Counted from the stretch's first letter, positions 9,290 through 21,598 are shown. The stretch is 35,000 nucleotides of DNA from Mustelus asterias (GCF_964213995.1 NW_027590847.1:124001-159000); one strand, 5' to 3'. Translations and numbers: made by a program. The notes: generated by a model from the sequence alone, not told the origin.

Positions 9290-9645
9290 ATGGTGTGGTG
9301 GTATTGTCACTGGACTGGGAGCCCAGAGTCCGAGGGTAATGCACTGGGCAGCCAGCTTCCAATCACACCACAGCAAATAGTGAAATCTCAATTCAATAAA
9401 AATCTCTCATTAAAGGCCTGGTGATGACCATGAAACCATTGCCGTTAAAACCCATTTGGTTCCCCGATGCCCTTCAGAGAAGGAATTTATCCGACTCCAG
9501 AATAAGACCAGAGGATGCTGGAAAATCTCAGCAGGTCTGGTAGGACCTGTAAGTCTTTCATGTGAATCCAGGTCCACACGATGTGGTTGACTCTGGAATG
9601 GCCCAGCAAGCAAGCTGCTCAGTTCAAGGGCAGTTAGGGATAGAC
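9290..9645 (+). mobile_element. Degenerate dispersed SINE-like repeat with a short internal insertion
   Basis: tggtgtggtggtattgtcactggact...gatgaccatgaaaccattg...aaaacccatttggttc...gtggttgactct...cagttcaagggcagttaggga resembles, from memory, a common shark dispersed repeat; family not established here. Confidence 0.5.
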
Positions 9646-9847
9646 CACAAGCAAGGAACTGGGAACAATCTGCACTAAATATTGGCCAGTTATTTTCAGT
9701 CTGGAAATGTAAAGCTGCCGTTTCGCTCTCAGTCAGGAACAGATCCCAGTTTTACACCAATCTCTGATTTAACAGCACATTGGAGAGCTGGTGCAGACAC
9801 GATGGGCCAAATGGCCTCCTGCACCAACACTATTCTGTGAAATCTTA

Positions 9848-9975
9848 GAAAAACAGGGAAATGCTGGAATTAAACTCAGCAGGTTCGGCAGCATCTGTGC
9901 AGAGAGAGAGAGAAACAGAGTTAACATTTCAGCTCTGTGACCTTTCCTGTGAACTGGGGAAAGTTCGAAATGTAA
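9848..9975 (+). mobile_element. Dispersed repeat fragment (aaatgctggaa..ctcagcagg type)
   Basis: Shared with 1363-1440 and 9500-9545. Confidence 0.55.
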
Positions 9976-11329
9976 CAGGTTTGGAGAAAGGGGCGGGTGG
10001 GACAGGGACTAAAGGAAGGTCTGTGAGAGGGTGGAAGACAGGAGAGATTGAATGAGAGAAAAGTGAACCCCCCCCACCCGAGCCAAAGGGAATGGAGATG
10101 GAGCGAGAGAAGGAACAGAGAAACAGAAGCTGTGTCTGGAGCAGGGGGGCTGCCGACTGAAAGAAAGAAAAATGAAACAAGCAAAGAAAAAGAAGCAGAA
10201 CGGGCTGAGAGTTCACTCTCTGAAACTGTTGGACTGAATCTTGAGTCCAGAAGGCTGTAAAGTGTGGAGGGGGTGGGTGAGTGGGGGGGGGATGTTCTCC
10301 TGGACCTGCTCCAGACCCTGGTTAAAACAGTAACCAGTAGATCCAGGATGGGGGGGGGGGGGGGTCACTCTGGCTGATCTGCTGTGGTCTTGTCTGTGCC
10401 CAGCTCAATCTGATCTGTGCAACTCAAACACACTGGAGAGTGTTTGATAGGAAATGAAGATTGTGAATCTAACTCAGTGTGTGAACTCCCTCAGAGGCTC
10501 CCACACTGCATTCCAACAAACTGAGCTGGATTGGACTGAATGGGAAGTCATGGGAATGGAGCCCTCACTGACTTCATGCATCAAGTACATTTCTGGATGG
10601 AAATTAGCTGCATAGACTCCAGCCTGGTTGTTGGTGTGAAACAGGAGCTGATGTCTATCTGTGTGTGTGTGAGTCCCTGCGTGCAGCTCCCAGAGAGTTT
10701 AAAATCCTGCATCTGTCTCTCTGCAGAGCTGCTGGTTAAAGACACACTTACAGCATTTATCAGACAGAAACTTAACTCTCATTCTCTCCCTCCCCTCCCC
10801 CAGCCAGTGCTTCTGTTTAAAAAACAGTTTAAACGCTTTATGTTGCAGCTCTGATCTCTGGTGAATCATTAACCACACACACACATTCAGACACCCGGAC
10901 AGACAGATTGTAAATCAGAAGTGGCAGTTGTAAATGCAGCAACAAAGAACTTTGCAAGATATTGTTTCAGTTCAGGCAACTTAAGGAAAAGTGAATTTTG
11001 CAAGAATCAGCAAAGGGTGCAAACCTGTAGCCGATGGAGTCCTGGATGAACAAGTTGTACAATCCACATTCAGACCTGGCCTCTCTCTCTCTCTGGCAGT
11101 GCAGGGCTGCGAGTTAATTGAAACCCATCTTCTCTCAGCTCCCAGTGCTGGTGATGTGAAGCTGGGAGTGGGGGGGGAGGGAGAGCCTTGGGATAAACCA
11201 TTTGCCTGGTGCTCACTAACCCCCACACACACAAACACCCCCCACACACTCAGAGACAGGTTGGTGTTGGACTGGCCCATACCTGGAGGAGGTGTGTTCA
11301 GGTGAGGTGTAGGAGATGTGGTTGGATAA

Positions 11330-11395
11330 GGATTGATTGGGGAGGTGTGGGACTCAGTGAGGTTATAAAAAGGCTGGCGATGCATTGTCCAGTCT
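11330..11395 (+). promoter_or_regulatory. Pol II core promoter: inverted CCAAT, TATA box, Inr
   Basis: ATTGG at 11336-11340, TATAAAA at 11364-11370, and CCAGTCT (YYANWYY) at 11389-11395 with the A 27 nt from the start of the TATA box; donors GTAAGT (11414) and GTAAGC (11425) follow. Confidence 0.6.
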
Positions 11396-11544
11396 CTCTC
11401 TACACGTGGGTTGGTAAGTATCAGGTAAGCTGTGTCTTTGTGAGTGAGTGAGTCAGTGTGTGCTTGCATGGAGTTCCAGCTCTGATATTTTAACCCCCCC
11501 TTTCCCAGCACAAAACCCCTGGCCAAGGATCTGTCTCCCCCACC

Positions 11545-11696
11545 ATGGGAGAGGGGATGGAAGGAGTTGGAGAGATCACCGAGGGAAAACATGGGCGATG
11601 GTGAGTATGAACCTCTTGACTTTCTGTCTACACCTTTCCCGCCTCAGCACTGCTTTTCTCTCTGTTTGCAGCCTCCTCTCAATCTCCCTCTCCAGC
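11545..11696 (+). CDS. Candidate 5' coding exons of an unidentified gene, running into an assembly gap
   Basis: Acceptor taacccccccctttcccag| (11508), Kozak CACCATGG (ATG 11545) giving MGEGMEGVGEITEGKHGR, donor |gtgagt (11601), acceptor tctctctgtttgcag| (11671), continuing CLLSISLSS. An alternative ATG at 11591 gives MGDASSQSPSP. Confidence 0.4.
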
Positions 11697-12091
11697 NNNN
11701 NNNNNNNNNNNNNNNNNNNNNNNNNNNNNNNNNNNNNNNNNNNNNNNNNNNNNNNNNNNNNNNNNNNNNNNNNNNNNNNNNNNNNNNNNNNNNNNNNNNN
11801 NNNNNNNNNNNNNNNNNNNNNNNNNNNNNNNNNNNNNNNNNNNNNNNNNNNNNNNNNNNNNNNNNNNNNNNNNNNNNNNNTGCCTCNNNNNNNNNNNNNN
11901 NNNNNNNNNNNNNNNNNNNNNNNNNNNNNNNNNNNNNNNNNNNNNNNNNNNNNNNNNNNNNNNNNNNNNNNNNNNNNNNNNNNNNNNNNNNNNNNNNNNN
12001 NNNNNNNNNNNNNNNNNNNNNNNNNNNNNNNNNNNNNNNNNNNNNNNNNNNNNNNNNNNNNNNNNNNNNNNNNNNNNNNNNNNNNNNNNNN
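11697..12091. other. Assembly gap (N), with a 6-nt island at 11881-11886
   Basis: Runs of n. Confidence 0.99.
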
Positions 12092-12904
12092 CCCCCCCTC
12101 CTGGGCTTTGCCCCCCCCTCCTGGGCTTTGCCCCCCCCTCCTGGGCTTTGCCCCCCCCCTCCTGGGCTTTGCCCCCCCCCTCCTGGGCTTTGCCCCCCCC
12201 CTCCTGGGCTTTGCCCCCCCCCTCCTGGGCTTTGCCCCCCCCCTCCTGGGCTTTGCCCCCCCCCTCCTGGGCTTTGCCCCCCCCCTCCTGGGCTTTGCCC
12301 CCCCCCTCCTGGGCTTTGCCCCCCCCCCTCCTGGGCTTTGCCCCCCCCCTCCTGGGCTTTGCCCCCCCCCTCCTGGGCTTTGCCCCCCCCCTCCTGGGCT
12401 TTGCCCCCCCCTCCTGGGCTTTGCCCCCCCCCCTCCTGGGCTTTGCCCCCCCCCCTCCTGGGCTTTGCCCCCCCCCTCCTGGGCTTTGCCCCCCCCCCCC
12501 TCCTGGGCTTTGCCCCCCCCCCTCCTGGGCTTTGCCCCCCCCTCCTGGGCTTTGCCCCCCCCTCCTGGGCTTTGCCCCCCCCTCCTGGGCTTTGCCCCCC
12601 CCTCCTGGGCTTTGCCCCCCCCTCCTGGGCTTTGCCCCCCCCTCCTGGGCTTTGCCCCCCCCTCCTGGGCTTTGCCCCCCTGGGCATTGCCCCCCCCGCT
12701 TGCCCGCCCCCCGCTTGCCCGCCCCCCGCTTGCCCGCCCCCCGACTTCCCGCCCCCCGACTTCCCGCCCCCCGACTTCCCGCCCCCCGACTTCCCGCCCC
12801 CCGACATCCCGCCCCCCGACTGCCCGCCCCCCCTCCTGGGCTTTGCACCCCTGGGCATTGCCCCCCCCGCTTGCCCCCCCCCGCTTGCCCGCCCCCCGCT
12901 TGCC
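12092..12904. repeat. C-rich tandem repeats: ~20-21-bp CTCCTGGGCTTTG(C)n and 15-bp CCCGCTTGCCCGCCC / CCCGACTTCCCGCCC
   Basis: Direct inspection; homopolymer lengths vary; flanked by gaps on both sides. Confidence 0.85.
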
Positions 12905-13601
12905 NNNNNNNNNNNNNNNNNNNNNNNNNNNNNNNNNNNNNNNNNNNNNNNNNNNNNNNNNNNNNNNNNNNNNNNNNNNNNNNNNNNNNNNNNNNNNNNN
13001 NNNNNNNNNNNNNNNNNNNNNNNNNNNNNNNNNNNNNNNNNNNNNNNNNNNNNNNNNNNNNNNNNNNNNNNNNNNNNNNNNNNNNNNNNNNNNNNNNNNN
13101 NNNNNNNNNNNNNNNNNNNNNNNNNNNNNNNNNNNNNNNNNNNNNNNNNNNNNNNNNNNNNNNNNNNNNNNNNNNNNNNNNNNNNNNNNNNNNNNNNNNN
13201 NNNNNNNNNNNNNNNNNNNNNNNNNNNNNNNNNNNNNNNNNNNNNNNNNNNNNNNNNNNNNNNNNNNNNNNNNNNNNNNNNNNNNNNNNNNNNNNNNNNN
13301 NNNNNNNNNNNNNNNNNNNNNNNNNNNNNNNNNNNNNNNNNNNNNNNNNNNNNNNNNNNNNNNNNNNNNNNNNNNNNNNNNNNNNNNNNNNNNNNNNNNN
13401 NNNNNNNNNNNNNNNNNNNNNNNNNNNNNNNNNNNNNNNNNNNNNNNNNNNNNNNNNNNNNNNNNNNNNNNNNNNNNNNNNNNNNNNNNNNNNNNNNNNN
13501 NNNNNNNNNNNNNNNNNNNNNNNNNNNNNNNNNNNNNNNNNNNNNNNNNNNNNNNNNNNNNNNNNNNNNNNNNNNNNNNNNNNNNNNNNNNNNNNNNNNN
13601 N
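12905..13601. other. Assembly gap (N)
   Basis: Run of n. Confidence 0.99.
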
Positions 13602-13767
13602 CCCCCCCCCCCCGCTTGTTCCCCCCCCCGAGCTGTCCCCCCCTCTCAGACCCGCCCTGACCAATTCCTCTGAGACCCTCCAGTCCCACCAGGATTTCAC
13701 CCCCCCTCCCCCCAAATCCCAGCCCTATCCATAGGGGCCCCTCCCCAGCTCCTGAACTCCTGTCCCC

Positions 13768-14070
13768 AAACCCCACCCCCACCGACAGACCCAAACCCCA
13801 CCCCCACCGCCAGACCCAAACCCCACCCCCACCGACAGACCCAAACCCCACCCCCACCGACAGACCCAAACCCCACCCCCACCGACAGACCCGAACCCCA
13901 CCCCCACCGACAGACCCAGCCCCCACCGACAGACCCGAACCCCACACCCACCGACAGACCCGAACCCCACCCCCACCGACAGACCCGAACCCCACCCCCA
14001 CCGACAGACCCGAACCCCACCCCCACCGACAGACCCGAACCCCACACCCACCGACAGACCCAACCCCCAC
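13768..14070. repeat. 25-bp minisatellite CCCCACCCCCACCGACAGACCC(A/G)AA, about 12 copies
   Basis: Direct inspection; G-runs on the minus strand give G-quadruplex potential. Confidence 0.9.
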
Positions 14071-15049
14071 TGAGCCTAATCCCCCCCGACTCCTGAACCC
14101 ACTCCCAATCCTAAACCTGCCGCACTCAATCTCTCACCCCCAAATTCCCCTCTCCCCTCCAGGTTCCCCACCCCCCAAAACCCCCTTTAAATCCCCACTG
14201 CCCAAACCCACTCTCAGTCCCTCCACTTAAACCCCTCTGAACCTCCCCTCTGCCCAATCTCTCTCTGCCCCTCCTCCCGATCCTCTCTGCCCCTCCCCCT
14301 GATCCTCTCTGCCCAATCTTCTCCAATCCCAATTCCCCCCCCCCCCCCCCCCCCCCCACTCCAGCCAAATCTGTTGTCCCTCCTCACAATCCCTCTAAAT
14401 CTCCCGATCCTTCCCTCTGAGCCCCGTACCCCGCTCCCCCACTGCCCAAACCATCTTCAAAGCCCCCCGGCTGAATATCCCTCTAAGTTCCCCTCTTTCC
14501 CCCCACCCCTCTCAACCTGGCAAATTCCCACTCCCTCCCTGTGAACAGCCTCTGGACTGACAGATCCCCCCCCTTCTAATTAGTAACCCCCCCCCCCCCC
14601 CCCCACCACACATCTATCCCCGTCCACCACCCCCCTGTAAACAGCTCCTGGTGGAGTTGGATGTGGAAACTCTGCCCATTTTAAACATTAACGTTCAAAC
14701 GACTAATTCCCCTGACACTGAGCAGCCTGTGTTATAACATCCCGCACCCCCATCCTGTACAACAGACCCCCTGTCTGATTCCCCCCCCCCCCTCAATTGC
14801 CCCCTTTCTCTGATAACCCCTGACTCTGGTCAGCCTGTGTTATAATATTCCCCCCTCTTGTACAACAGCCTCCCCCACCAGCCCCTTCCCTCTCTGTCTA
14901 ATAGCCCCTGGCTCTGAACAAGCCCCTGTATTACACACTCCCCCCTTTCAGCAGTGCTGAATCCCTCTGAATTGCCCCCGATTCCCTCCCTCTGCGTTCC
15001 TGGGCCTTTGCTGCTTGTGAACAGCAAACCCGTGATCTGGCCCGTCCCC

Positions 15050-15810
15050 CACGAGAGAGCAGAGAGGGAGATAAGAGGCAGAGAAGCAGAGAGATATAGA
15101 GATGGAGTTAGAGAGAATGCTACTGTAATTCAGACAGAATGATTCACAGAGAGAGGGAAGCAGAGATCAGATACAGAGAGAGATAAGAGGCAGAGAGATA
15201 TAGAGATGGAGATAGGATGCGACTGTAATTCAGACATTGATTCACAGAGAAGGGAGGGAGCAGAGATAAGAGACAGAGATATAGAGATGGAGTTAGTGAG
15301 GAATCTGCTGTGATTCAGACAATGATTCACAGAGAGAGGGAAGCAGAGAACAGATAGAGATATAGAGACAGAGGATGCTACTTTAATTCAAACAGACTGA
15401 GTCAGGGGGAGGCAGAGATAGAGAGAGGGGGAAGCAGAGAGAGATAGAGAGAGTCAAGCAGATAGCTAGAGAGATAAGACAGAGAAGCAGAGTTAAAGTT
15501 CAAATTTTATTCGTCACAAGTAGGCTTACATTAACACTGCAATGAAGTTACTGTGAAAAGATGGAGATAGAGAGAATGCTGCTGTACTTCAGACAGAATG
15601 AGTCAGAGAGGGAGCAGAGATAGATAGAGCGAGAGAGAGATGGAGAGGAGGCTGCTGTGATTGAGATAAAATGATCCACAGAGAGGGAGAGAGAGATGTG
15701 CAGAGAGGCTGAGATACAAAGTGAGATGTCGAGATAAATAGAAAGTGGGGCTTTGGCAAGACAGTGACAAAGTTTCAGAGAGAGAGTGAAAGATAGAGAG
15801 AATGAGAGAA
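15050..15810. repeat. Degenerate GA-rich ~100-bp tandem repeat with an embedded antisense SINE tail (about 15495-15558)
   Basis: Recurring gagatatagagatggag...ctgtaattcagacagaatgattcacagagagaggg; the insert gtcacaagtaggcttacattaacactgcaatgaagttactgtga is the reverse complement of the SINE tail. Confidence 0.7.
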
Positions 15811-16054
15811 AAGGGAGAAAGATGCTGCCATTTTGAGAGGCTGAGGTATAAAGGATGGGGAGAGACAGGGATTGGAAAGATGTGGAGAAACAGTTCTGAG
15901 GATGGGGGAGTTGCACAGACAGAGCTTCAGGGAGAGGGATTGAAATCTGGGATTACATTGGAGCAGGGATCACTGGGAATACCCCCTCCCCCTGACACAC
16001 AGACCACTAACCCTCCGTGTAAAAGCCCCACCAGTCTATCTGTGAATAAAAATG

Positions 16055-16175
16055 AACGACCAAGACACGGGGACTTTTATTAATATTTTTCTCTCTGGTT
16101 ATAGCTCTTGTCCGAGGATTCCTCACGGCAAAACTATTCGCTCTCTGCATCGCCAAAGTTTCCAAAGGAATTCTC
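16055..16175 (-). other. Diverged copy of the exon-like module, with AATAAA (possible terminal exon)
   Basis: Long pyrimidine tract plus AAG| acceptor (16177-16176); GGAATCCTCGGACAAGAG matches GGAATCCTTGGACAAGGG of the 102-nt modules; AATAAA on the minus strand at 16081-16076. Confidence 0.35.
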
Positions 16176-16959
16176 CTTGGAAGAGAGAAAGAGAAAATAA
16201 AGTGAAATTTGATTAAACACAAAACAAAAGCTGATTATAAACAATAAAAGGCACAGCAAGATCCCAGGACTTGCTGAAATTCACAATCTCACTGGGGGAG
16301 GTGGGGGAAACATTCATTTTCACCTCCTCATTATTAAACCCTGACAAAATGGGAACACGTTTCAAATGCAATGAACTTCCAACTGCCTCCTGACTGTCCC
16401 GATATTGAATTTATTAAACACATCAAAGCATTCTGGGGGCTTTACTCCAGAGACAGGCCAGTGAAAAAACACAGGAGGCCCCAATGAAGTTCCCACTTCT
16501 ATCAGTCACCTCTCTCCCCTCACTCTGTTTCTCCCTCTCCGTCTCTTACACACTTCCCCCCAGATCTCTATCTGTCCAATACCCCGTCTCTGCTCCTGTC
16601 TCTGGATAACCTGTCCTGATCTCTGCTCTGTTTCTCTATCTCGAGGCGAATCTGGATTGAAATGCTCTCTCTAAGTTTCTGTCTGACCGTTTAAAATAAA
16701 ACTCACAATCAAAAGGGAAATGAGAAGGGGGCGGGAGCTGGAAAATCCACAATCCCACCCTGAAGCGGCTGCTTCACATTTTATTGAACCATTGAATTCA
16801 GCCACTTAAACCCTGTTGGGGAATTAAGCGAATGCAAAAGTGCTGCTGAGATTTAGGCCGTGAAGTGAGGCCTAGTCACAGAGGCATTATTCCTCCGGTA
16901 GAAAGAACAAACCCCCCTCTCTCCCACCCCCCAGTTAAACAGAACAATCTTCTCCATCC

Positions 16960-18320
16960 ACACCCACAAATCCCAGCGCCCTGTCTAAAAACACAAGCAG
17001 GACTCTGGGATTGAGAACAAGCCTTTCCCCCAGGCTCAGGAATTTGAATTTCAGCTCCCTCTCCCTCCCGAGTGCTTCACATTGAGAGAGAGAGAGAGAG
17101 ACTGGGAATGCTGCAATCAGGATCCCACAGGGAGTCCCACACTGCAGGAGGACACCCCCCCCACCCCCAGAGCCTCTGTCTCTATCCCCCTACCCCCCCT
17201 CCACTGAGCCCCCCCACACTCCCCACCCATTCTCTGTTCCTCTCTCTCTACCCCACCCTCCTTCCTCTCCATCTTTTCATGTTTAAAGTGTGGGGCGCTG
17301 TCACAGTGCAGGGAATATGGGGCGGGGAGGAGGGCACAGCAAGATCCCACACACAGTCTGAGCAGGGCTAGATACAAAGTGATTTTTAAGTGAGGATTGG
17401 GCTAAAGTGAGTGGGCAATGAGGGAACCACACTTCTCCCTCTCTCTCCCTCGCTCCCCCCCTCCATCTCTTCCCCCACCCCAAATAAAAATAATGACAAG
17501 TCACTCCAGGATTGGGGCTGTTTGTACATTCAATATGAACAGGGAACCTTCCACTTCGAGCACAGTCACACCTCTCTCTCCCATTCCCTCTGTCTCTCGC
17601 TGTTTCTTTCTCTCTGCCTGTTTCTCTGCCTCTATCTCTGAACCTGTCCAGCCCCCTCTGTGTCTCTTTTGCTTTCCCCCCAGATCTATATATATCCAAA
17701 CCCCATCTCTGCGCCGGTCTCTCCTACTCTGGATAATCTGTCCTGATCTCTGCTCTGTTTCCCCGTCTGGGGATGAATGGGGATTAAAATGCTCTCTCTG
17801 ATAAGTTTCTGTCTGACCGTTTCAAATAATGACGTGTTGTGGGCCACGTTTGCTATTTCTCAGTGATTTCCATGGGGAAATGGGGAGGGAAGCTCCTCCT
17901 GCAAAGCCAGATCTCTCTCTCACTGCAATGTGGCAGCAGCCAGATTCCAATATCTTTATATTGGGAAAAAATCTTTTCAAACACAACAGCACAGATTCAG
18001 CCTCAGTCACACAGCCGCTGGTTACAAATCCCACCTTCTGGGAGGGTGTGAGTGAGGGTCTTTTCCCCCAGAGACTGGGGAGCTGGGCTGTGAGTGCAGA
18101 GCAGAGGACCCCCCCCCCCCTAACCCAGCCCCCCTCCAGTGTGTCTCCTCTCCCTGCCCCTCTGCCTTTGATCTCCCTCTGTTACCCTCCCTTTCTCTCT
18201 CCCTCCCTGATAACTCACAATCAAAGGAGAAAGATGGGAGAGAGAGAGATACAGCAGGAAAACCCACAATCACATCCCCAATCCGATGGATTTAAGCGGC
18301 TGCTGCTGGTTTTATTCGGC
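16960..18320. repeat. Segmental duplication A, copy 1 (copy 2 about 20360-22340; partial copies 19700-20070 and 23935-24310)
   Basis: Long near-identical colinear sequence, e.g. cccagcgccctgtctaaaaacacaagcaggactctggg and tttcaaataatgacgtgttgtgggccacg in both copies. Confidence 0.9.
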
Positions 18321-18434
18321 TGCCTTTCTCTCTCTCTCTGTCTTTCTCTCCTTCCCCCCCTCCCTGTCTTTCTCTGTCTCTGTCTGTCTTTCCCTCCCTC
18401 CCTGTCTCTCTCTCTCTCTCTGTCTTTCCCTCCC

Positions 18435-19260
18435 TGAAATTAAATCAAAAAAATTCACATTGGTGTTTTCCTTCACATTTTATTGAAAGATGAAATATAG
18501 ACAGGAATGTCTGGGGAGAGAGAGAGGGGAGGGGTGCAGAGATTGGGAAGAACGCTGGAGAGACAGAGACAGGGAAATTATGAACCCTCCATCCAAATAG
18601 AAATTCCTGGGAAAAGAGAGAGGAGAATCTGGAGTCACAGAGCACAGAAACAGGCCCTTCGGCCCACCAGGTCTATGCTGGCCGTCAAATCCCAATCTAT
18701 ACTCCCCCCATTCCCCAGCACTTGCTGCACAGCCTACGATGCCTCGGTGATTTAAGTGCTTTAATTTACCCGACCCCCGTTTCCACTTTCTTTCCTTTGA
18801 ACCCACTTTGCGGTCCGTGAGCGAGATTTTGTTTAATAAAGTGTGGTCGCTGTTGCAGTGCGAGCAAAGGCCACAGGCCCTGTGTGTGCACAGCAAGATC
18901 CCACAACAACAGCAGCAGCAGCAACAATGTGAACCTGAATCAGATGGGACACAGTCCTCCCCAACACACACCCAACACTCTCGCCTGCTGTGAGCCCCCT
19001 TCCCCACTCACTACCCTGTGTGTGTGTGTGTCTGTGTGTGTGTGTGCGTGCGCCTGTGTGTGTATCTGTCTGTGTGTGTCTCATCCCAAATTTTCAGAAA
19101 GGGTTGAAGTCCCTCTTAAAACGAAGCCAAACCCTTTTTAAAACACAATCTCTGTAGTGCTCTGGAAGATCCCAGAAGGTGCAGTTCGCTGTGTTGTGTG
19201 TTTTAATTTGGGAAATGTTTATACAGAGGGAGAGTGAGGCAGAGAGGGGCTGAGGCTGTA
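18435..19260. repeat. Segmental duplication B, copy 1 (copy 2 about 24315-25100; partial 26620-26760)
   Basis: Colinear shared sequence aattcacattggtgttttc...gcacagaaacaggcccttcggcccacc...aatgtgaacctgaatcagatggg; includes an antisense LINE-tail fragment. Confidence 0.9.
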
Positions 19261-19267
19261 GGGCCAC

Positions 19268-19342
19268 ACAGTGGCACAGTGGTTGGCGCTGCTGCCTCAC
19301 AGCTCCAGGGACCCGGGTTCAATTCCCGGCTCGGGTCACTGT
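19268..19342 (+). mobile_element. 5' (tRNA-like) fragment of an HE1-like SINE
   Basis: gtggcacagtggttggcgctgctgcctcacagctccagggacccgggttcaattcccggctcgggtcactgt. Confidence 0.8.
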
Positions 19343-19570
19343 GATCCTGTGTCTCTTCCCCCACCCCCTCACTGCACCCCCCACAAACCTCACCTCTTGC
19401 TTTCTTTTCCTGTTTTCCCCCTCACTCTCCCCCTCTCTCTCTCCCACTCCCTCCATCTTTCTCTCTCACTCCCTGTCTGCCTTTCTCTCTCTCCGTCCAT
19501 CTTTCTCTCTCTCTCTCCCACTCCCTCCATCTTTCTCTGTCTTTCTCTCTCTCTCCCTCACACTGTTTCT

Positions 19571-19700
19571 NNNNNNNNNNNNNNNNNNNNNNNNNNNNNN
19601 NNNNNNNNNNNNNNNNNNNNNNNNNNNNNNNNNNNNNNNNNNNNNNNNNNNNNNNNNNNNNNNNNNNNNNNNNNNNNNNNNNNNNNNNNNNNNNNNNNNN
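19571..19700. other. Assembly gap (N)
   Basis: Run of n. Confidence 0.99.
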
Positions 19701-21460
19701 CTCTCAGAGACTGGGAATGCTGCAATCAGGATCTCACAGAGAGTCCCACACTGCAGGAGGACACCCCCCACCCCCAGAGCCTCTGTCTCTATCCCGCTAC
19801 ACCCCCCTCCACTGAGCCCCCCCACACTCCCCACCCCTTCTCTGTTCCTCTCTCTACCCCACCCTCCTTCCCCTCCATCTTTTTATGTTTAAAATGTGGG
19901 GCGCTGTCACGGTGCGGGAAATATGAGGAGGGGAGACAGAGCATGAGGGCACAGCAAGATCCCACACACACATTCTGAGCAGGGCCAGATAGATACAAAG
20001 TGATTTTTAAATGAGGATTGGGGTAAAGTGAGTGGGAAATGAGGGAACCACACTTCTCCCTCTCTCTCCCTCCACACGAGAGACCCCCAGATCCTGTGTC
20101 TCTTCCCCCACCCCCTCACTGCACCCCCCACAAACCTCACCTCTTGCTGCCCTTTCCTGCTCTCCCTCACTCTCCCCTCTCTGTCTCTCTCTCCCTTTCT
20201 CTCTCTCCCCCCCTCTCTGTCTCTTTCTCTCTGTCTCTCTGTAATATGGTTATGAAGCTGCATATATAAGGTTAAAGATGTGGTGTTTGAGAAATGTAAA
20301 TATTGAAAAGAAATGCTGAGAAAACCAAAACGAACCATCCAGCGTTGTGTCTTTAGAAAGCCACACCCACAGATCCCAGCGCCCTGTCTAAAAACACAAG
20401 CAGGACTCTGGGATTGAGAACAAGCCTTTCCCCCAGGCTCAGGAATTTGAATTTCAGCTCCCTCTCCCTCCCGAGTGCTTCACAGTGAGAGAGAGAGAGA
20501 CTGGGAATGCTGCAATCAGGATCCCACAGGGAGTCCCACACTGCAGGAGGACACCCCCCCCCCCACCCCCAGAGCCTCTGTCTCTATCCCCCTACCCCCC
20601 TCCACTGAGCCCCCCCACACTCCCCACCCATTCTCTGTTCCTCTCTCTCTACCCCACCCGCCTTCCCCTCCATCTTTTCATGTTTAAAGCATGGGGCTCT
20701 GTCATAGTGTGAGGAATATGGGGCAGGGGGACAGAGCATGAGTGCACAGCAAGATCCCACACACAGCTTGAACAGGGCCAGATACAAAGTGATTTTGAAG
20801 TGAGGATTGGGGTGAAGTGAGTGGGAAATGAGGGAACCACACGTCTCCCTCTCTCTCCCCTCCATCTCTCCCCCACCCCAAATGAAAATAATAAGTCACT
20901 CCAGCATTGGTGCTGTTAGTACATTCGATCTGAACAGGGAACCTTCCACTTCGAGCAGAGTCCCACCTCTCTCTGATTCCCTCTTTCTCTCGCTGTTTCT
21001 CTCTCCCTCTATCTCTGAACCTGTCCAGCCCCCTCTGTGTCTCTTTTGCTTTCCCCCCAGATCTATATATATCCAAACCCCATCTCTGCCCCGGTCTCTC
21101 CTACTCTGGATAATCTGTCCTGATCTCTGCTCTGTTTCTCCGTCTGGGGATGAATGGGGATTAAAATGCTCTCTCTGATAAGTTTCTGTCTGACCGTTTC
21201 AAATAATGACGTGTTGTGGGCCACGTTTGCTATTTCTCAGTGATTTCCATGGGGAAATGGGGAGGGAAGCTCCTCCTGCAAAGCCAGATCTCTCTCTCAC
21301 TGCAATGTGGCAGCAGCCAGATTCCAATATCTTTACAACACATCAAATATGAGGAAAATATATTTTCAAACACAACAGCACAGATTCAGCCTCAGTTACA
21401 CAGTCGCTGTTTCTAAATCCCACCTTCTGGGAGGCTGTGAGTGAGGGTCTTTATCTCAGA

Positions 21461-21598
21461 GTAAAGTATAAAGTAAAGTTTATTTCTTAGTCACAAGTAA
21501 GGCTTACATTAACACTGCAATGAAGTTACTGTGAAATTCTCCTAGTCGCCACACTCTGGTGCCTGTTAATGCACCAGAGTGGGTTAATGCACCGAACC
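21461..21598 (-). mobile_element. 5'-truncated SINE (3' tail), antisense
   Basis: aaagtaaagtttatttcttagtcacaagtaaggcttacattaacactgcaatgaag is the reverse complement of the tail at 32690-32750; absent from the paralogous site at about 18070. Confidence 0.8.

Noticed and set aside
11545-11600. Assignment of the + strand exons to a known TRA-neighbour or muscle gene such as NDRG2 or TNNI2
   Set aside because: Only superficial resemblance over a few residues; no recognisable conserved motif.
11448-14070. Very long ORFs (528-808 aa) on both strands
   Set aside because: They are open only because of N gaps and stop-free C/G-rich repeats; not supportable as called.
17302-17345. Isolated CACAGTG heptamers (also about 24156 and inside SINE heads) as D/J RSSs
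   Set aside because: No nonamer at 12 or 23 nt and no J motif (FGxG plus donor) nearby.
18904-18927. (CAA/CAG)n poly-Gln coding tract
   Set aside because: Short microsatellite in a duplicated non-coding block; the paralogue at about 24797 differs in length and no exon context is evident.
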